This document shows positions 62,336 through 64,000 of a stretch of DNA of 64,000 nt, in pieces. Positions within the stretch are counted from its first letter, which is position 1. The number at the start of each line of letters is the position of its first letter. This DNA comes from Vicugna vicugna. Taxonomy: Eukaryota. The notes beneath the pieces are model-generated. The model saw nothing but the letters and a program-made list of their open reading frames with translations. It was not told the DNA's origin and did not search any database. Location: positions 133,308 to 197,307 of the forward strand of contig MU061578.1 of NCBI GenBank assembly GCA_013265495.1. The letters are read 5' to 3'. The translations under genes were made by a program, and so were the position numbers.

Positions 62336-63709
62336 GCTAGGGCACCTTGATGAGTTATGCTGCCTTACACGGTACTGGGGAAGCTTTTTGAGAGGGATCC
62401 TCAAAGGAAACTGAATGAGATATTCTTGGGGTTTAGCTCCATGGATGTTCCAATTTCTAGGCAGCAACCCATAGTTTAATGGTAGCATGATGACCAGAGA
62501 TGTCGAAATGCTCTAGCCAATACCACTTGGACCCCCTGTATCTTCCCATTTCAACATTTTCTGAATGACTTTGAGCTGCATCTCTGCCTCTTGGCATTTT
62601 TTGGAAAGCCTTTCTGCTCACGTGCAAGGCAGGTTGAATGTGCCAGGGAATTAACACCTCCAGGAACAGCCCTTGCCCAATGCCTGATGGGAGCAGGTGT
62701 GTATATAACTCAGCTCCCCAACACCAAGGCACATGTTTTACACCTTTCTCCAAAGTTTTCATTGCAGGGTTAAACTTCAGTCGCCCACTGTGGAAATTGC
62801 ATTGTTAATGTACTTTTATTGGTTGCCTTCTTTCCCCTGTATAATTTCTCCATTTCCTTTCAGGGTTCCATGAACTTTCAAAAAAAAAAAAAAAAAAACA
62901 ACAATTGCACTCACATTCCTGTCTCAGGGGTCTGCTTCTAGGGGAACCCAAACAAAGACATGCTCCAATTCTGCCCCGACGCTCAGTCTTGCTCTCCCAA
63001 GGATTCCTGAGTAAGGGAAGTACAGTATGAGCAAAAAGCAACAGCTAAATGGGAAAGAAAGAACCACTTTTTAAATAGCTGGGTAAGCATCCAATACCCC
63101 CCCAGTGCATGGCAGTAAAATGCTAGATGGGGAATGTGGATTAAGCCTGGAGGAGGGTTCGCTGAGGTCCCCTGCTTGCTATATCCTGTCAGGATGTGCT
63201 GACAATGGGGGTGGAAAACCCGAGGGAGATCTGCTCAAGGATGCAGACCTTTAAGGCACAATGACTACATCCAATAGTGAACCTGGCTCAGCGGAGGCAC
63301 AGGGCTCCGAGCAATCAAATTAGCAATTGCTCCTGTCTTAGGGGAGCCAGCTGGGGGTGTGAGCAGAGGGTCTGAGAGTGGGTGGAGAAAGATGAATGTC
63401 CCCATCCCCTAAAGGGGCTGAGGATTTGAGGTGGGTGCTCACACCTGCCTGGGTTTGTCTTCTTCCTTTGTTCTTCTTCAGTGTCATGTGGTCATTGATT
63501 TGCCCAGTGAGATGCTGAGTTCATTTTCTCTAACAGCATTTCTTTGCATTTTCTTGGGTGTGATTAGAAAGGAGTTCAATAGTAGTCCTAGGATTTATGC
63601 AATTTGGTCTCTCTTGCACAGGTATTTCTAGCATTTGTGGGTTTTTTTTCACATTGTGGGTTGGTTCTGTATGTTATAAGTTGTGAAGAAGCCACAGAAT
63701 AGAAAAGAT

Positions 63710-63940
63710 GGTCATGATGACAATAGTGACAATGACGACAGAGAAATGGCAAAGGACTTGCATTTGTCGCCTGCTCACTCTGTCCCAGGCAGCAGGCAGA
63801 GTGCTTTGTGTGTAGCTCATGAATACCCACAGCAAGTCTGTAAGATCGGTCAGACTGTCTTCACTGTGTAGATGAAAAAGCTCTTCTCCTTAGGTAAAGA
63901 GGCTAAATAAGTTGCTTACTGTCCCAAGGTTCATTGAACA
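63710..63940 (-). mobile_element. MIR
   Basis: 'cctgctcactctgtcccaggc...agtgctttgtgtg...gtagatgaaaaagct...gtcccaagg'. Confidence 0.6.
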
Positions 63941-64000
63941 AGGCTCCTGGAATGGTCAGGAATATGTCCAGGCTTTTCCTTGATAACATTCTTGATTACG

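Overview
Non-coding mammalian genomic DNA, most likely camelid (alpaca/camel). The lineage call rests on a tRNA-Ala-derived Vic-1-type SINE at 1246-1330 and on cetartiodactyl-type L1 3' ends; I saw no primate Alu or ruminant Bov-A/BovB copies. I found no credible protein-coding exon, RNA gene or CRISPR-like array, and the ORF track looks like chance frames, many inside microsatellites and repeats. Much of the window is interspersed repeats: MIR, L2, old and young L1, MaLR/ERVL solo LTRs, hAT MITEs and a Tigger1 derivative, several with readable target-site duplications (TSDs) and nesting. Between them lie repeat-free islands rich in developmental TF motifs that look like conserved enhancers, consistent with a gene desert or a very large intron. 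I cannot support a new biological system from the sequence alone. The best leads are candidate enhancers (~42.6-43.2, 29.4-30.0, 20.9-21.5, 56.6-56.9 and 52.7-52.9 kb), a locally CpG-rich tract inside ancient repeats (~24-29 kb) and several micro-insertions. Repeat subfamily names come from remembered consensus sequences, not a search, and boundaries without a stated TSD are approximate.
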